From NCBI GenBank assembly GCA_041492755.1, contig JBGPXN010000004.1, positions 1,373 through 65,372 of the forward strand: DNA of 64,000 nucleotides, read 5' to 3'. The stretch comes from Candidatus Methylomirabilia bacterium. GTDB taxonomy: Bacteria; Methylomirabilota; Methylomirabilia; Rokubacteriales; CSP1-6. This document shows, piece after piece, positions 18,769-28,830 of the stretch. The position numbers and the translations under genes were made by a program. Under the pieces are notes generated by a model that searched no databases, was not told where the DNA came from, and worked only from the letters and a program-made list of their open reading frames with translations. The number at the start of each line of letters is the position of its first letter. Positions within the stretch are counted from its first letter, which is position 1.

Positions 18769-19917
18769 CTAAGCGATGTTGTAGAGCGCGCGCACGTTGT
18801 CGCACGTGATCTTGCGGCGCACGCGCTCCGGCACCGCGGCCAGATTCGCGTCGATGTGCTTGCGCGAGTCGGGCCAGATGCAGTCGGGGTGCGGGTAGTC
18901 CGCGCCCCACATGATGTTGTCCTCGCCCACCAGCGGGATGATCGGCTCCATGAACTGGTCTTGCTGGTAGGTCGTATAGCCCTGCCGCCGGAAGTAGTCG
19001 CTCGGCTTCATCGAAAATCCGAGCTGCCGGGCCCGGTCCTCGTACTCCGTGTCCAGCCGGTCGAGGACGTACGGGATCCACGTCACGCCCGACTCGCCGA
19101 GGACGAACTTGAAGCCGGGATACTTCTCGCACGCGCCCGAGGCGATCAACGAGACCAGCACCTCCATGCCGTCGAGCTGGAACAGGGCCGAGCGCACCAG
19201 ACGCCACTGGATCATGCACTCCTGCTCCATCTGTGGAGTGTCGGGCGCGCGCAGCCCCTTGAATCCCGTGGAGTGGAACGAGATCGGGAACCGGCACTCT
19301 GCGGCCGCTTCCCACAGGGGGAACCACGCCTGGTGGTAGAGCGGCAGGCCGAGGTTCTTGAAGGCGAGGTCGCCGCCCCGCAGACCCATCCCGGCGCAGC
19401 GACGGACCTCGGCCGCAGCCACCTTCGGATCGTTGTTGGGAATGATGGCGAGCGGGAAGATGCGGGCCGGATCGGCGCGCTTGGCGAAGTCGATCGCCCA
19501 GTCGTTGTAGATCCTGTAGGACCACGCGCGCAACTCGGCGTCGCCGATGAGCTCGTTGATCATCAGGCAGCCGTACACGACCTCGGCGCTGAGCCCGTCC
19601 CGGTCGAGGTCGGCCAGCCGCAGCTCGGGCGTCGTCGGGCGCGGCTGCGCGCCGCGGCGGCTGTCCCACTCGAAGCCGACGGCCTTCATCTCGTCGATGT
19701 GGCGGAAGACCCCCGGCTGGTACTTCAGGAAGCGGGGGCCGACGCCGTTCCACATGCCCTGGTCGCGGCCCTCCACGAACCAGTGCTGGCCGTCCTCCAG
19801 CTCCTCGACCCGGGGCGCCAGGAGCTTCCACTTGGCCGGCGCCTGCGCGGACCACAGATCAGGCGGGCAGTAGGTCAGGTCGATGTGATTGTCGCCGGAA
19901 ATGAGCCTCTCTTGCAT
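18769..19917 (-). CDS. amidohydrolase-2 family protein (ACMSD-like metal-dependent hydrolase/decarboxylase)
   Basis: Lies in ORF 18769..19962. AAGGAG, 6 nt, then ATG at 19917 (MQERLISGDNHIDL). C-terminal WGADYPHPD. Confidence 0.8.
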   Translation of the reverse strand: MQERLISGDNHIDLTYCPPDLWSAQAPAKWKLLAPRVEELEDGQHWFVEGRDQGMWNGVGPRFLKYQPGVFRHIDEMKAVGFEWDSRRGAQPRPTTPELRLADLDRDGLSAEVVYGCLMINELIGDAELRAWSYRIYNDWAIDFAKRADPARIFPLAIIPNNDPKVAAAEVRRCAGMGLRGGDLAFKNLGLPLYHQAWFPLWEAAAECRFPISFHSTGFKGLRAPDTPQMEQECMIQWRLVRSALFQLDGMEVLVSLIASGACEKYPGFKFVLGESGVTWIPYVLDRLDTEYEDRARQLGFSMKPSDYFRRQGYTTYQQDQFMEPIIPLVGEDNIMWGADYPHPDCIWPDSRKHIDANLAAVPERVRRKITCDNVRALYNIA

Positions 19918-20227
19918 GACGCGCTCCTTTGCCCAGTCCCGCTGGGACGACCGCTCCCGCACGAGATCGTAAACTGTCTCGCGCCTCAGGGCCAGCCGTC
20001 AATCGCGGGCCTCCTGAGCACGCGGTTGGATGAGACTCGCGCCGTGGCTGACACCCCGGACCTGCGCACGCATCTGAAGATCGCCCCGCGCCTCTGCGGC
20101 CGGCCGGCGGAGGTTGCCCCCGGTTCCTCGGGCGGTCGTCGCCGGCGACCGGCTCGAAGCCGAGGCCGTCGTCGAGCGGAGCGAGGGCAAGAAGCGGCGG
20201 GTGAAGATCGTGGTGCGCCGCGAGGGC

Positions 20228-21130
20228 TCAGCGCCGTAGCCGCAGCGCCTTGGGACGGATCGCGAACTCCACCGGCGTGGTGCCGCCCGCCTCGCCGTCG
20301 ACATGCACGGGCGCCGGCGGCGTCGCCTCGATCCGAGCTTCCGCCAATCGCCGGACGGTTACCTTGGCGTTCGTGACGTGCGTGCCGCGGTAGACGCTGG
20401 GGAGCCAGCGCAGCAGCTCGAGCCGCCCGACCGCGCCGAGCGCGACCAGGTCGAGCACGCCATCGAGCGGGTCCGCCGCGGGCGCGATCTTCATGCCCCC
20501 GCCGTAGTACGGACCGTTTGCCACCACGGCCATCGTCATCGCGCCGCTCCACGTCTGGCCGTCGTCGTGGCGAATCACGCCCGCGACCGGCCGGTAGTGG
20601 CGAAGCGCGCCGAGAATCGACATGAGGTAGGGCAGGGTGCCGGAGCCGCCGGCGGCGGCGGCGCGGCGCGCCACCTCGGCGTCGAAGCCGACACCCGCGG
20701 AGTTGACGAACCAGCGGACGGCGCCGGTGGCCGGCCATGACGCGCGGCCGAGATCGATGCTGACGTCCTCGCCCTGAAGCAGGCGGCGCGCCGCCGCCTC
20801 GGGATTGGCGGCGAGTCCAAGATTGCGGGCGGCGTCGCGGCCGCGACCGGTGAGGATGGCGCCCAGCGCCGCACGCGCGCGGCCGTCGGCATCGACGAGC
20901 CCGTTGACCACTTCGTTGAGCGTTCCGTCACCGCCGACCGCCACCACGAGCGGCCAGCCGTCGTCCGCGGCGGTCCGCGCGAGGAGCGTGGCGCCGCCGG
21001 GTCCCGTCGTCTCGCGGACGGTGAAGTCGAGTCCGCTCGTGCGCAGCGGGCCTTCGAGCCGGCGCCAGACGCGGCCCGTGCGGCCGCCGCCGGCGGCAGG
21101 GTTGACGACGATGAACGCGCGCGGGCTCAC
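20228..21130 (-). CDS. diacylglycerol/lipid kinase family protein (YegS-like)
   Basis: GTG at 21130. FIVVNPAAGGG and VAVGGDGTLNEVVNG catalytic-domain motifs. Lies within spurious ORF 20228..21985. Confidence 0.85.
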   Translation of the reverse strand: MSPRAFIVVNPAAGGGRTGRVWRRLEGPLRTSGLDFTVRETTGPGGATLLARTAADDGWPLVVAVGGDGTLNEVVNGLVDADGRARAALGAILTGRGRDAARNLGLAANPEAAARRLLQGEDVSIDLGRASWPATGAVRWFVNSAGVGFDAEVARRAAAAGGSGTLPYLMSILGALRHYRPVAGVIRHDDGQTWSGAMTMAVVANGPYYGGGMKIAPAADPLDGVLDLVALGAVGRLELLRWLPSVYRGTHVTNAKVTVRRLAEARIEATPPAPVHVDGEAGGTTPVEFAIRPKALRLRR

Positions 21131-21258
21131 ACGGAGAGAGTACCTCGGTCGCCGCCGAATCGCGCTGACCGGGGCGCGCCGGCCTGACGGAGCGCGGTTG
21201 CGCGGCCGGCGTTGACCGCAGACGCGGTGTCGATCCGGGGCGCGCGGATGGCCGAGCG

Positions 21259-22467
21259 TCAGGTCGAGCGAAATTCCAGCGGCAGCTTGCCGAGCCGGCG
21301 GTAGCCGCCGGCCATGATGACCACTTGCTCGGAGATGTGAAGCCCCATCTGGGCGCGCTCGTCGTAGGCGGCCGGCTCGAACAGCATGACCATGCCTTCT
21401 CGCAGCTTCGTGCCCTGCGGCGGGCCGGCGCCGAGGCCGACGCCGTGCGGGCTGTAGGGTTGCTCGGCGATCGTCACGCCCATGCCCTTGAACAGCGGCA
21501 TCGCGTTGGAGGCCAGGCCGGCCTCGCTGACGGGCCGGCGCACCGCATCGGCCACGTCCATGGTGTCGACGCCGGGCTTCAGCACCGCCTCGCCGGCCCG
21601 GAGCGCGGCCAGCGCGACGTCGAAGAGCCGCCGCGACTCGGCGGCCGGCGCCCGCCCCACCGACACCGGCGCGTGCATCTGCGCGTGGTACCCGGTGTAC
21701 TTGCCGGTGATCTCGTTGATGATGACGTCCCCGGCCTGGAGCGTCCGTTCCGGAAAGATGCGGGCGGCCACGCGCGGCGGCTTCGGCCCGGCGCTCAGCA
21801 GGAGCTGAATCCCGAGGTCGGAGCCGGCGCTCACCATCTCGCCCAGCATCCGGCCGACGACCTCCCTGACGCGGACGCCCGGCCGCGCGTAGCGGACCAT
21901 GACGTCCACGGCTTGCTCGGTGATGGCCATCGCCTTCTCGATCGCGCCGATCTCCTCGGCGCTCTTGACCGCCATCTCCTCCCATAGCTCCTCGTCGAAG
22001 TCTACGAACGTCGCGTCCGGTAGCTCGCGGCGCAACGCCTCGTAGTTGCCCTGGGGCCAGCGGCCCTCACCGCGCCAGAGCCGGCTGCCGAGCCGTCCGA
22101 CCAGCCCGATCGTGGACGCCGCGCGTCCGAGCTCCCGCACCCGTTGCGCGGTGGTCTTCGCGAACGATGGCGTGAACGGCCGGATGTCGGGACACCAGTC
22201 CTGGATCTCGCGCCAGTTGCCGACGTGGTCGGGACCCCAGATGACGAAGACGGGATCGGCGTCGACGTCGAAGACCACGTAGCCGTCCTCGCCGTTGCCG
22301 CCGATGTGGGTGAGATAGCGGCCTTCCGCCGAGCCGGCGTCCCACTTCGAGGAATCGGACCGGATGATGACGCACTCGACGCCGCGCCGTCGCATGCGGG
22401 CGCGGACGGCGGCCCAGCGGCGATCGCGCTCCTGGATCGACAGGCGAGGAAACTCGACGGCGGACAT
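21259..22467 (-). CDS. M24-family metallopeptidase (Xaa-Pro peptidase/creatinase-like)
   Basis: GGAGG then ATG 22467 (MSAVEFPRLSIQERDRRW). Creatinase-type N-domain plus pita-bread C-domain (INEITGKYTGYHAQ, MVMLFEP). Confidence 0.85.
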   Translation of the reverse strand: MSAVEFPRLSIQERDRRWAAVRARMRRRGVECVIIRSDSSKWDAGSAEGRYLTHIGGNGEDGYVVFDVDADPVFVIWGPDHVGNWREIQDWCPDIRPFTPSFAKTTAQRVRELGRAASTIGLVGRLGSRLWRGEGRWPQGNYEALRRELPDATFVDFDEELWEEMAVKSAEEIGAIEKAMAITEQAVDVMVRYARPGVRVREVVGRMLGEMVSAGSDLGIQLLLSAGPKPPRVAARIFPERTLQAGDVIINEITGKYTGYHAQMHAPVSVGRAPAAESRRLFDVALAALRAGEAVLKPGVDTMDVADAVRRPVSEAGLASNAMPLFKGMGVTIAEQPYSPHGVGLGAGPPQGTKLREGMVMLFEPAAYDERAQMGLHISEQVVIMAGGYRRLGKLPLEFRST

Positions 22468-22502
22468 CGGAGGCCTCCTTCCGGGGGTCGGGACTCGAGC
22501 GC

Positions 22503-23342
22503 CTACCGGCGCTCGCGCCGCCACGGGATCAGCAGCCGCTCCAGCTCCTCGATGAGGAGCGTGAGCGCGTAGCCGAGGAACGACACCACGACGAGGCCGA
22601 CGAACAGGCGCTCGATGGCGAAGACCTGCCAGGCCTCGAAGATGAGCACGCCCAGCCCGGTCCGGGCCCCCACGAACTCGGCGGTCACGAGCACGATCAG
22701 GGCCACCCCGATGGCGAGCTTGATCCCGGTGAAGATCGGCGGCAGCGCGCCCTTCAGGACGACGTTGAGGTAGAAGTCGCGGCGGGGCGCGTTGAAGTTC
22801 TTGGCGACGTCGAAGTAGATGCGATCGATCATGACCACGCCGGCCATGGTGTTGACGAGGACCAGGAAGAAGACCGCGATGGCGATGATGACGTACTTGC
22901 TCATCTCGCCCAGGCCGAAGATCAGCATGATCAGCGGGAGGATCGCCACTTTGGGCACCGGGTAGAGCGCGTACACGATCGGGTTGGCGAACGCCCGCGC
23001 CAGTCGCGACAGGCCGAGCACGAGCCCGAGCAAGAGCGCCGGCACGGCGCCCATCAGAAAGCCGGCGGCGATCCGGGACAGGCTGACCGTCACGTGCGTG
23101 AGCAGCTCGCCGCTCGCGATGAGGGCCCCGAACGTCCCGACGATCGACGTCGGGGCGGGAAAGAACCGGGCATCGAGCAGGCGGACGCGCACGAGCAACT
23201 CCCAGGCGATCAGCACGAGGACCGGCGAGAAGATGGACACCAGCAGCTCGCGCCGGCGCAGGGTCAGGAAGGGCACGCCGGTCTCGGCGTCCTGCAGGGC
23301 CCGCCAGATGATCCGGGGGACGGTCCGCTCGACGGTGCTCAT
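22503..23342 (-). CDS. ABC transporter permease (NitT/TauT family)
   Basis: FPAPTSIV motif and six hydrophobic segments. ATG 23342 overlaps the ATPase stop (ATGA). Confidence 0.85.
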   Translation of the reverse strand: MSTVERTVPRIIWRALQDAETGVPFLTLRRRELLVSIFSPVLVLIAWELLVRVRLLDARFFPAPTSIVGTFGALIASGELLTHVTVSLSRIAAGFLMGAVPALLLGLVLGLSRLARAFANPIVYALYPVPKVAILPLIMLIFGLGEMSKYVIIAIAVFFLVLVNTMAGVVMIDRIYFDVAKNFNAPRRDFYLNVVLKGALPPIFTGIKLAIGVALIVLVTAEFVGARTGLGVLIFEAWQVFAIERLFVGLVVVSFLGYALTLLIEELERLLIPWRRERR

Positions 23343-24145
23343 GCGTTCTTCCCCGGCGCGCCGTGCTGCTCGCGCGCCCGCAACACTTCGTCCCGCAACG
23401 CGCTCCAGATGTCGTAGACGATCTCGCCGAACCGGGCATCGCGCCGCAGCTCCGGGATGCTCCGCGGGCGCTTGAAGTCGATCGGCACCATGCGCTTCGC
23501 GCGCCCGGGCTGCGCGGTCATGACCAGCACGCGGTCGCCGAGGGCGACGGCCTCGTCGATGCTGTGGGTGATGAAGACCACGGTCTTGCCGGATTCGTCC
23601 CAGATCCGGAGCAGCTCCTGCTGGAGCAGCAGCTTGTTCTGCTCGTCGAGCGCGGCGAACGGCTCGTCCATCAGCAGTATCTCGGGATCGGTGGCGAAGG
23701 CCCGGGCCACGGAGACCCGTTGCTTCATTCCGCCCGAGAGCTGGTGGGGATACGCCTTGGCGAACCGGGTCAGCCCGACCTGCTCCATGTAGTAGCGGAC
23801 GACGTCGCGACGGGCACTGGCCGCCATGGGCTGGCTGCGGAGTCCGAAGCCGATGTTGTCCTCCACCGTCATCCACGGGAACACCGACTGGTCCTGGAAG
23901 ACCATCGCCGTTCGTGGCCGGCCGTCCTGCTGGTAGTACACGGAGGCTTCGCCCGCGGTCTTCGTCTCCAGACCGGCCAGGATGCGGAGGATCGTGGTCT
24001 TGCCGCAGCCCGAGGGGCCGACGATGCAGAAGAACTCGCCCCCGCGGACCTCGAAGCTGATGTCGTCCAGGGCGGTGAACGTGCCCGTCGGCAGCGTGAA
24101 CCGCTTGACCAGGTGATCGACCGCGATCTGGACGTCGTCGCGCAT
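23339..24145 (-). CDS. ABC transporter ATP-binding protein (NitT/TauT family)
   Basis: Walker A GPSGCGKTT, signature LSGGMKQR, Walker B LLMDEPF. Confidence 0.9.
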   Translation of the reverse strand: MRDDVQIAVDHLVKRFTLPTGTFTALDDISFEVRGGEFFCIVGPSGCGKTTILRILAGLETKTAGEASVYYQQDGRPRTAMVFQDQSVFPWMTVEDNIGFGLRSQPMAASARRDVVRYYMEQVGLTRFAKAYPHQLSGGMKQRVSVARAFATDPEILLMDEPFAALDEQNKLLLQQELLRIWDESGKTVVFITHSIDEAVALGDRVLVMTAQPGRAKRMVPIDFKRPRSIPELRRDARFGEIVYDIWSALRDEVLRAREQHGAPGKNA

Positions 24146-24173
24146 CGGCGATGTGCTCGGTGCACGAAATTGA

Positions 24174-24230
24174 GCTTTCTCGACCTGAAAGTCAAGCCGA
24201 GAAAGCGATTGACATTCACATCGCGAATGT
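24174..24230. promoter_or_regulatory. two inverted repeats in the divergent ABC/IclR intergenic region (candidate operators)
   Basis: GCTTTCTCG-N15-CGAGAAAGC (24174..24206) and ACATTC-N7-GAATGT (24212..24230). A TTGACA sits at 24209..24214. Confidence 0.4.
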
Positions 24231-24277
24231 TCATTTTCTCACTCACTCATGCCGACCCAATCGCCGCCCTCGACGTC

Positions 24278-25174
24278 ATGACCCTGCCCGCCAAGTCCGA
24301 ACCCGCGCGGAGCCGGCCGGCCGCCGTCGGCGGCACCATCCGCTCGCTTCGCCGCGGGCTCCAGGTGCTCGACGTCATCGCCGAGCACGGCGGCCGGCTG
24401 GCCCTCACCGAGATCGCGCGCCGCCTCGGCCTGCACTTCAGCACGACGCACCACATGGTCAAGACGCTGCAGACCTCCGGCTACGTGATCCAGGACGACG
24501 CGAGCCGCGAGTACCGGCTGGGTGGCCGGCTCCTGCGCCTGGCCGCCGTCGCGTGCAACGAGGACGAGATCGGCTACCTGGGCGAGCCGCTGGTGAGCGA
24601 GCTCACGCTGAAGACCGCGCTGACCTCGCAGCTGGCCGTGCTCGACTGCCACAACGTCGTCGTCATCCGACAGATCGACGCCGACGGGCCCTGGCGCCTG
24701 GCCGAGCGCGTGGGCACGCCGCGGCCGGCATACTGCACCGCGCTCGGCAAAGTCTTGCTGGCAAATCAGACGCCCGAAGGCTTGCAAGCCTATCTGGCTC
24801 GGACCGAGCTGCGGCCGTTGACCCCGCGGTCGATCACCGGCGCGGCCGAGCTGCAGGCGGAGGTCGCGCGGGTGCGCGCGCTGGGTCTCGGCGTGGACGA
24901 CGAGGAGTTCTCGGTGGGGATCCGGTGCGTGGCCGCGCCCGTCATGAACTTCACCGGCAACGTGCGGGCGGCGCTCGGCGTGTCGGGTCCGGCGTGGAGC
25001 CTGACGCTGGAGCGGCTGCAAGAGCTCGCGCCCCTCGTGCGCGAATACGCCGAGCGCCTCTCCCGCCAGCTCGGCTGGCAGCCCGTGCGCCGCGCCCGCG
25101 GCGGCAACGGGGCACGCCCCCGAAAGCACAAGGCCCCGACGGCGGGACGTCCGGGCGCACGGCGCCGGTCGTGA
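24278..25174 (+). CDS. IclR-family transcriptional regulator
   Basis: IRSLRRGLQVLDVIAEHGGRLALTEIARRLGLHFSTTHHMVKTL (wHTH) plus a C-terminal effector domain. ATG 24227 is an alternative start. Confidence 0.85.
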   Translation: MTLPAKSEPARSRPAAVGGTIRSLRRGLQVLDVIAEHGGRLALTEIARRLGLHFSTTHHMVKTLQTSGYVIQDDASREYRLGGRLLRLAAVACNEDEIGYLGEPLVSELTLKTALTSQLAVLDCHNVVVIRQIDADGPWRLAERVGTPRPAYCTALGKVLLANQTPEGLQAYLARTELRPLTPRSITGAAELQAEVARVRALGLGVDDEEFSVGIRCVAAPVMNFTGNVRAALGVSGPAWSLTLERLQELAPLVREYAERLSRQLGWQPVRRARGGNGARPRKHKAPTAGRPGARRRS

Positions 25175-25563
25175 ACCCGGAATTCTTGACCGTCGCGGGC
25201 GCGCCGCCCCCGCCGCCGACGGCGCCCTACAGCCACGCCGTGCGGGCCGGGGACTATCTCTTCGTCACCGGCCAGCTCCCGACCGACCCGCGGACCGGTG
25301 ACCGCCTCGTCGGCGACGGTATCGGCGAGCAGACCCACCAGGTCATGCGGAATCTCCAGACCGTGCTGGCCGGCGCCGGCACCAGCCTCGCGCGCGTGGC
25401 CTTTGCCCGCGTCTACCTGGTGAACTTCGGCGACTACCCGCGGATGAACGCCGTCTACGCGAGCTACTTCGAGCCGGGCCGGCTGCCGGGCCGCACGTGT
25501 ATCGGGGTCACCGGGCTGGCGCTCGGCGCGCTCGTGGAAATTGATCTGATCGTCTGGCCGTAG
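25171..25563 (+). CDS. RidA/YjgF/UK114-family protein
   Basis: PYSHAVRAGDYLFVTGQLP ... RTCIGVTGLALGALVEIDLI. GTG 25171 overlaps the IclR stop. Confidence 0.85.
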   Translation: MNPEFLTVAGAPPPPPTAPYSHAVRAGDYLFVTGQLPTDPRTGDRLVGDGIGEQTHQVMRNLQTVLAGAGTSLARVAFARVYLVNFGDYPRMNAVYASYFEPGRLPGRTCIGVTGLALGALVEIDLIVWP

Positions 25564-25604
25564 TCCGGAGGCCGGCCCGATCCCCGTATGCGAATCGCAA
25601 CCAC

Positions 25605-27977
25605 GTGTCGCGTGACGAGTCCCATCGCCGCCGGGACGAAGGTGGCCGCGTGAGCGCGGCGGCTGGCCGCGGGAAGCTCACCGTCGTCGGCCAGTCGCTG
25701 CCCATGCTCGGGGCCCACGACAAGGTCTCCGGGCGCGCGCTCTACGTCAGTGATTTGAAGCTGCCCCACATGCTCCATGCCAAAATCCTGAGATCCCCGT
25801 ATCCGCACGCGCGCATCGTCCACATCGACGCGGAGCGGGCGCGGCGCCTGAGGGGGGTCAAGGTCGTCCTCACCGGCGCCGACACCCCGCGCCCCATCGG
25901 CGCGATCGGCGCGCACAAGGACGAGCACATCCTGGCCGTGGATAAAGTCCGTCACGTCGGCGAGGAGGTGGTCGCGGTCGCGGCCGTCGACGAGAACACC
26001 GCGCTGGACGCGCTCGAGCTGATCCGCGTCGACTACGAGGAGCTGCCGGCCGTCTTCGATCCCGAAGAGGCGCTTGGCCCGGGCGCGCCCGCGGTCCACG
26101 CCAGCGGCAATCTCGTCCGCGAGATTCGCATCGACCGCGGCGACGTCGACGCGGGCTTCGCCAGCGCCGCGGTGGTCCACGAGGCGACCTACCAGACCCA
26201 GCCGCAGTACCACGCGCCGATGGAGCCGACGGGGGCGGTGGCCACCATCGACGCGTCCGGCCGGCTCACCGTGTGGGCGGCGGTGCAGTCCATTCACCGC
26301 AATCAGCTCCGTCTGGCCGACGCCCTCGGACTGCCGACCTCCAGGGTGCGCGTGATCCAGCCGCACATGGGCGGCTCGTTCGGGGGCAAGCTCGGCGAGG
26401 ACTCCACGCACTACATCGCGGCCCGGCTGGCCCTCGCGTGTGGGCGCCCGGTGCGCCTGCTCAACACGCGGCTCGAGGACTTCCTCGGTGTCCGCGCGCG
26501 CATGGCCGCGCGCATCCGGCTCAAGATGGGCGTGGATCCCGCGGGGCGGATCACGGCGAAAGAGACGTGGATCCACGGCGACAACGGCGCGTACTGCGGG
26601 CTGTCGCCCGAGGTCATCCTCGTCATCGCCGCGCGCCTGGACTCGCTCTATCGCCACCGGAACGTGCGGACGCTGGCGCGATTGGTGTACACGAACAACC
26701 CGCCGTCCGGCGCCTTCCGTGGCTTCGGCAATCCGCAGATGGCGTTCGCGCTGGAGTCGCACCTCGACGTGCTGGCCGAACAGCTCGGCATGGATCCCCT
26801 CGAGCTGCGGCGGCGGAACTCCGTCCAGCCCGGCGACACCACGATCCACGGCTGGTCCATCGGAAGCTGCGAGCTGTCGAAGTGCTACGAGGAGACGGCC
26901 AAGCGCATCGGCGGGCCGCTGCGCCGCCGGCCCCGCGCGCCCGCCGATGGCGCGCCTGTCGCCGAGGGCCGCCGCCGCGGGATCGGCATCGCGGTCGCCA
27001 TGCACGTGTCCGGCGCCCGCCAGGCGGCCGACTGGGATGGCTCCAACGTCGTGGTGAAGCTGACCCCCGATGGCCGCGCCGTCATCATCTGCGGCGAGGG
27101 CGACATCGGGCAGGGTGGGCCTACGGCGCTGACGCAGATCGCCGCCGAGACGCTCGGGATCCCCCCCGACCACGTCACGGTGACCCCGGCGGACACGGAA
27201 ACGACGCCGTTCTGCTTCGGCCCCATGGCCAGCCGCCTGACCCTCGTGGCCGGCAACGCGGTCATCAAGGCCGCGGAGGGCGCGCGCCGCCAGCTCCTGT
27301 CGATCGCCGGCCAACTCCTGGAGGCGTCACCGGAGGACCTCACCATCGCCGGCGGCGCCATTCACGTCGTGGGGGCGCCGGACCGCAGGGTCACCATCGC
27401 GCAGGCCTGCACCGCCCACATCTTCCGGCGCGACGGCGAGGACATCTTCGCGCGCGGCACCTACGACGCGCCGTCGGTCGTCGCGGACCGGAAGACGTAT
27501 CTCGGCAACGTGTCGGCCGCGTACTCGTTCGCGGTGCAGGCGGTCGAGGTCGAGGTCGACGTCGAGACCGGTGTGGTGCGGATCATCCGGATCGTCGCGG
27601 CCGACGACGTCGGCACCCCGGTGAACCCGCGCGCGGTGGAAGGGCAAATCCACGGCGCGATCGCCCAGGGCGTCGGCTACGCCCTGTTCGAAGGCTTCGC
27701 GCTCGAGAACGGGCGTCTGCTGAACGGCAACCTGGCCGACTACCCGGTGGCCACGGCCGCCAGCATGCCGACGCCCGAGACGGTGCTGGTCGATGGCTGG
27801 GAGCCCAACGGCCCGTTCGGCGCCAAGGGCGGCAGCGAGGCCCCCATCTCGCCGACCGCCGCCGCCATCGCCAACGCCATCTACGACGCGGTCGGCGTCA
27901 GGATCACGTCGCTGCCGATCACGCCGGACAAGATTCTGCGCGCGCTGCGCGAGCGCGGGGGCCGGCGCGATGCGTGA
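25605..27977 (+). CDS. xanthine dehydrogenase/aldehyde oxidase-family molybdopterin-binding large subunit
   Basis: 790 aa with GGSFGGK, FRGFGNPQ and GAKGGSEAP motifs. The start is uncertain (GTG 25605 or 25650). Confidence 0.9.
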   Translation: MSRDESHRRRDEGGRVSAAAGRGKLTVVGQSLPMLGAHDKVSGRALYVSDLKLPHMLHAKILRSPYPHARIVHIDAERARRLRGVKVVLTGADTPRPIGAIGAHKDEHILAVDKVRHVGEEVVAVAAVDENTALDALELIRVDYEELPAVFDPEEALGPGAPAVHASGNLVREIRIDRGDVDAGFASAAVVHEATYQTQPQYHAPMEPTGAVATIDASGRLTVWAAVQSIHRNQLRLADALGLPTSRVRVIQPHMGGSFGGKLGEDSTHYIAARLALACGRPVRLLNTRLEDFLGVRARMAARIRLKMGVDPAGRITAKETWIHGDNGAYCGLSPEVILVIAARLDSLYRHRNVRTLARLVYTNNPPSGAFRGFGNPQMAFALESHLDVLAEQLGMDPLELRRRNSVQPGDTTIHGWSIGSCELSKCYEETAKRIGGPLRRRPRAPADGAPVAEGRRRGIGIAVAMHVSGARQAADWDGSNVVVKLTPDGRAVIICGEGDIGQGGPTALTQIAAETLGIPPDHVTVTPADTETTPFCFGPMASRLTLVAGNAVIKAAEGARRQLLSIAGQLLEASPEDLTIAGGAIHVVGAPDRRVTIAQACTAHIFRRDGEDIFARGTYDAPSVVADRKTYLGNVSAAYSFAVQAVEVEVDVETGVVRIIRIVAADDVGTPVNPRAVEGQIHGAIAQGVGYALFEGFALENGRLLNGNLADYPVATAASMPTPETVLVDGWEPNGPFGAKGGSEAPISPTAAAIANAIYDAVGVRITSLPITPDKILRALRERGGRRDA

Positions 27978-28830
27978 CTTCGTGTTCCTCGAGCCACGAA
28001 CGATGGCCGAGGCGAGCGGGATGCTGGCCGACCACGGTGACGCCGCGCGCCTCCTGGCCGGCGGGACCGCGCTCGTCCTCTTGATGCGCAACCGCCTGGC
28101 CAGCCCCAGCCACGTCGTCTACCTCGGCGGCGTGCCCGACCTCGACCGGATCGTCATCGACGACGACGGGCTGCGGATGGGCGCGCTGGCGACCCACGCG
28201 GCGATCGCCGCGCACCCCGGCATCCGCGCCCGCTATCCCGTCATCGCGGACACGGCTGGCGTGGTCGCCAATCCGCAGATCAGGAACGTGGCGACCATCG
28301 GCGGCAACCTCTGTCACGGCGATCCCGCCTCCGATCCCCCCGCCTGCCTGCTGGCCCTCGGGGCACGGGTCAGGGCGGTGCGGGGTGCGGCCGCTCGGGA
28401 CATCGCGCTCGACGATTTCTTCACCGACTACTACGAGAACGCGCTGGCGCCGGGGGAGATCGTGGCCGAGGTCTTCGTCCCGGCGCCGCCCCCCGGCGCG
28501 CGCGCCGCGTACACGCGCTTCGTGACGTCGGCCGCGGAGAGCCGGCCGCTGGTGGCCGTCGGCGTCCGGCTCACGCTCGCCGGCGCCGCCTGCACCGAGG
28601 CGCGCATCGCGCTCGGCGCGGTGGCGCCCGTGCCCCGACGGGCCACCCGAGCCGAGACGTTCCTGCGCGGCCGGACGCTCACGCCCGACGTCGTGGCCGA
28701 GGCCGCGTCGCTGGCGGTGGCCGATCTCGATCTCGTCTCCGACTTCCGGGGCTCCGCGGACTACCGAAGGGACGTGGCGCGGGTCACGGTGCGGCGGACG
28801 CTCGGGCGGGCACTGGGAGGCGCGGCGTGA
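27970..28830 (+). CDS. FAD-binding medium subunit of the molybdenum hydroxylase (CoxM/XdhB-like)
   Basis: LLAGGTALV and IGGNLCHGDPASD. ATG 27970 overlaps the end of the large-subunit gene. Confidence 0.85.
   Translation: MRDFVFLEPRTMAEASGMLADHGDAARLLAGGTALVLLMRNRLASPSHVVYLGGVPDLDRIVIDDDGLRMGALATHAAIAAHPGIRARYPVIADTAGVVANPQIRNVATIGGNLCHGDPASDPPACLLALGARVRAVRGAAARDIALDDFFTDYYENALAPGEIVAEVFVPAPPPGARAAYTRFVTSAAESRPLVAVGVRLTLAGAACTEARIALGAVAPVPRRATRAETFLRGRTLTPDVVAEAASLAVADLDLVSDFRGSADYRRDVARVTVRRTLGRALGGAA

Noticed and set aside
20100-20227. Frame reading ...GDRLEAEAVVERSEGKKRRVKIVVRREG-stop, which looks like the tail of some small protein
   Set aside because: I could not assign it to any family, so it is not reported as a relic.
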